From a virus: DNA of 25,504 nt. The notes below the pieces were generated by a model. It was not told where the DNA came from. It did no database searches and worked only from the letters and a program-made list of their open reading frames with translations. The translations under genes and the position numbers were made by a program. The stretch is from IMG/VR virus record IMGVR_UViG_3300006738_000075, one strand, 5' to 3'. Each line of letters opens with the position of its first letter. The first letter of the stretch is position 1. This document shows positions 23,528-25,504 of the stretch, in pieces.

Positions 23528-24922
23528 CTATTTTGTCAATCTTTTCCATTCTTTATAAAGACCTATTATTTCTACTACCCCATATCCTGCCGCAAATACA
23601 GCGCCAACAAGTTCACCGATAGGAAGCGGGCCATCAATCACTGCTCCTACTCCTATCCTGGCAGCAGCTTTAGCACCCAGACCAGGAAGTCTCCTCTTAA
23701 GGAATCTCGCGAAGCTTTGTTTAACCATAGTTCCTGAGCCTTTAACACCTCGTTCAAGCGCTGGTCTTATAGCTGGGATAATGGCTTTTTTAAGCATATA
23801 AGCGGCGCCAAGGCCCCGACCTGCTAGTGCTCCTTCTTCTGAATGTAAGCCACCCATGGCACTACCTATGGACGGTGCAAAGTATGGAAGCATACCGGGA
23901 GCTGTTTTTGCTAATTTCTTTGTCCATTTACCATAAGGCTCAGAAAGTTTTTTTGCATTTTTAAGTGCGGTTTCTGCCCTTTCAATACTCTTTAACCCAG
24001 TCCTCTCGGGGTTAGCTGAAATACGTTGCCCCCTTTTTCTCATCCACTTGTTATACGTTTCTGTGCCTTTCTCAAATGGTTTCCCAGTTAACTCGTTAAT
24101 AGGCCTAGTTGTTAAATAATCTAGACTTTTTTGCGCTGTTGCAACCTTGCCCTCTAATAACTTTGCTTGCGCCAAAACACTTCTCATTTTATAGCTCATA
24201 CCACCAGTAACCCCCGCAGCAGTGGCAGTCTTTAGGGGATTTTCCTCCACCCAATCTTGTGCCCCCTCCCAAGTGGTTCGATAATTTGGATCATATCCCG
24301 CCCCAGTTACTTTATCCATAAACGCTGCCTTAATTTCATTGATTCCAGAATCCGCTGGACCTTTCAAACCTCGGAACCACTTTCTAAAATATGGATTATC
24401 ACGTAACATAAGATTAAACTCTTTATCAGATAAACGTCTTACTTCTTTTTCATCCATTAAATTTGCAAGAATTTCAGAAGCTTCCTCTGCTCGATTCTTA
24501 TCCCACATTTGAGAAAAAACAGTTGAAGAAGCTAACTTATTTTTTTGTTGGCCAGTCAGCATATCCTTTGCTGCATATTTTGCATATTCTTCTTTATATT
24601 TATCCGGATTAAAGTTAAGTACTCTCTCGCCTTGCGGACCAAGTGGGTCATCTAATTTGCCTCCCTCAGCAATGTGGTCTAACAACCCAGACATCTGCCG
24701 ATAGTCTTTTCCCTCGGTTAGTATATTACTTTGTCGCGTATCTGCTTCAAGTAAAAGACTATTATTTTTCCGCTCTTGTAACTGATCCTGTACATTAAGT
24801 CTTTCCATCTGACGAAGAAGCGTTTTGACTTCACCCTCATCTTTTTCCTTTTGCGCATCAAATACACTATAATTCGGTTGCCCGCCACCACCTCCGGGAC
24901 TAAAACCTTGTCCAAATGCCAT
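23528..24922 (-). CDS. Putative internal virion/ejection protein with a C-terminal hydrophobic hairpin, 464 aa
   Basis: AGGAGG SD; charged helical N-terminal half; Gly/Ala-rich segments and GAVIDGPLPIGELVGAVFAAGYGVVEIIGLY near the C-terminus; immediately upstream of the vRNAP. Confidence 0.62.
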   Translation of the reverse strand: MAFGQGFSPGGGGGQPNYSVFDAQKEKDEGEVKTLLRQMERLNVQDQLQERKNNSLLLEADTRQSNILTEGKDYRQMSGLLDHIAEGGKLDDPLGPQGERVLNFNPDKYKEEYAKYAAKDMLTGQQKNKLASSTVFSQMWDKNRAEEASEILANLMDEKEVRRLSDKEFNLMLRDNPYFRKWFRGLKGPADSGINEIKAAFMDKVTGAGYDPNYRTTWEGAQDWVEENPLKTATAAGVTGGMSYKMRSVLAQAKLLEGKVATAQKSLDYLTTRPINELTGKPFEKGTETYNKWMRKRGQRISANPERTGLKSIERAETALKNAKKLSEPYGKWTKKLAKTAPGMLPYFAPSIGSAMGGLHSEEGALAGRGLGAAYMLKKAIIPAIRPALERGVKGSGTMVKQSFARFLKRRLPGLGAKAAARIGVGAVIDGPLPIGELVGAVFAAGYGVVEIIGLYKEWKRLTK

Positions 24923-24942
24923 CTTAACTTCCTCCTATTTTC

Positions 24943-25503
24943 CTATGTCCAATCATATTTATAATCTTGCTTCTGATACCACTTTTTACCAGTCATCCGC
25001 CTCGTAGCTTTCCGCATCAACCAAGCCTTCATTTTTTGGTCCCACTTGCCCTGCGGATTTGCTTCCACATCCCCATATTTATCTGTTGGATCAAGTATGC
25101 GATATTGCCCTCCCAAATCCTTGAACTCTTCCTGATCTTCCTGCCAATATTTTTTGGTTAAATGAGCATTCTGACTCTTTTCAAGGTCTATCTCATCCTG
25201 TCGCAATAAATCTTTTTGCCGCCCCATTGCATCATTTATCCTCTTCTCTTCAGTACGCGCATCAGTACGCGCAGTACGTGCTGCTTCTATTCCTTCCACT
25301 TTTTCACGATTATGTGTAATAAATCTTCCATACTTTTCCCTTATTTTATCATGTAATGGTTGCTCCGCCGCAACAGCTAATGCAGATGTTTGCTCAGGTT
25401 CTTGTCCCATAGAGGGGGGCGCGTATAAAGATTTTTCATACTCTCTTGTTGGATATGATTTATAGTGGGATTTTAAATCGTAATTTTGCTCAGTACCTCT
25501 GGG
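24943..25503 (-). CDS. Putative virion protein, 5-prime-truncated by the window edge
   Basis: The frame of track ORF 24943..25410 stays open for 31 more codons to the window end (PRGTEQNY...APPS-MGQ), so the true start lies outside the window. Confidence 0.65.
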   Translation of the reverse strand, partial: PRGTEQNYDLKSHYKSYPTREYEKSLYAPPSMGQEPEQTSALAVAAEQPLHDKIREKYGRFITHNREKVEGIEAARTARTDARTEEKRINDAMGRQKDLLRQDEIDLEKSQNAHLTKKYWQEDQEEFKDLGGQYRILDPTDKYGDVEANPQGKWDQKMKAWLMRKATRRMTGKKWYQKQDYKYDWT

Positions 25504-25504
25504 A

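Larger units (their letters stand above)
1..25504. mobile_element. Segment of a tailed dsDNA bacteriophage genome (virion-RNAP-encoding, crAss-like organisation)
   Basis: Dense overlapping ORFs in two convergent blocks; phage-type Sak4/SSB/primase-helicase/Gp157 module; HNH; giant virion RNAP-like protein; no host housekeeping genes, integrase or repressor seen. Confidence 0.92.

Noticed and set aside
13360-25161. Numerous short + strand ORFs opposite the virion genes, and - strand ORFs opposite early genes (e.g. 223..423, 1266..1598, 4729..5154, 7793..8095)
   Set aside because: Antisense shadows of well-supported genes, with no RBS or protein-like motifs.
1-25504. Stop-codon recoding as seen in some crAss-like phages
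   Set aside because: Genes, including the 9.5-kb ORF, are intact and tightly packed under the standard code, with TAA, TGA and TAG all acting as stops.

Overview
This window is part of a lytic dsDNA tailed-phage genome in the standard genetic code, with two convergent gene blocks. The + strand block (1-12214) begins with an early region rich in non-coding long-stem RNA folds and small or membrane ORFs. It continues with a complete four-gene ubiquitin-like conjugation cassette (Ubl, E2-like, JAB peptidase, E1/ThiF-like), which abuts a recombination/replication module (Sak4-like AAA ATPase, SSB-like protein, AEP primase-SF4 helicase fusion, Gp157-like protein). It ends with an HTH protein, a ~300-nt folded non-coding segment, an HNH nuclease, small Cys-rich ORFs and a clear intrinsic terminator. 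The - strand block (12441-end) encodes probable internal virion/ejection proteins. These include a 3170-aa protein with a two-barrel RNA polymerase active site (RVP...HP...ADFDGD), probable NADAR and SLOG domains, and a hydrophobic C-terminus, resembling crAss-type virion RNA polymerases. Strong AGGAGG Shine-Dalgarno use argues against a typical Bacteroidota host. The best candidates for new biology are the phage ubiquitin-like cassette wired to replication genes, the array of sequence-unrelated structured RNAs, and the NADAR/SLOG-bearing virion RNAP. All calls come from motif reading and base-pairing by eye; no database search or folding program was run.
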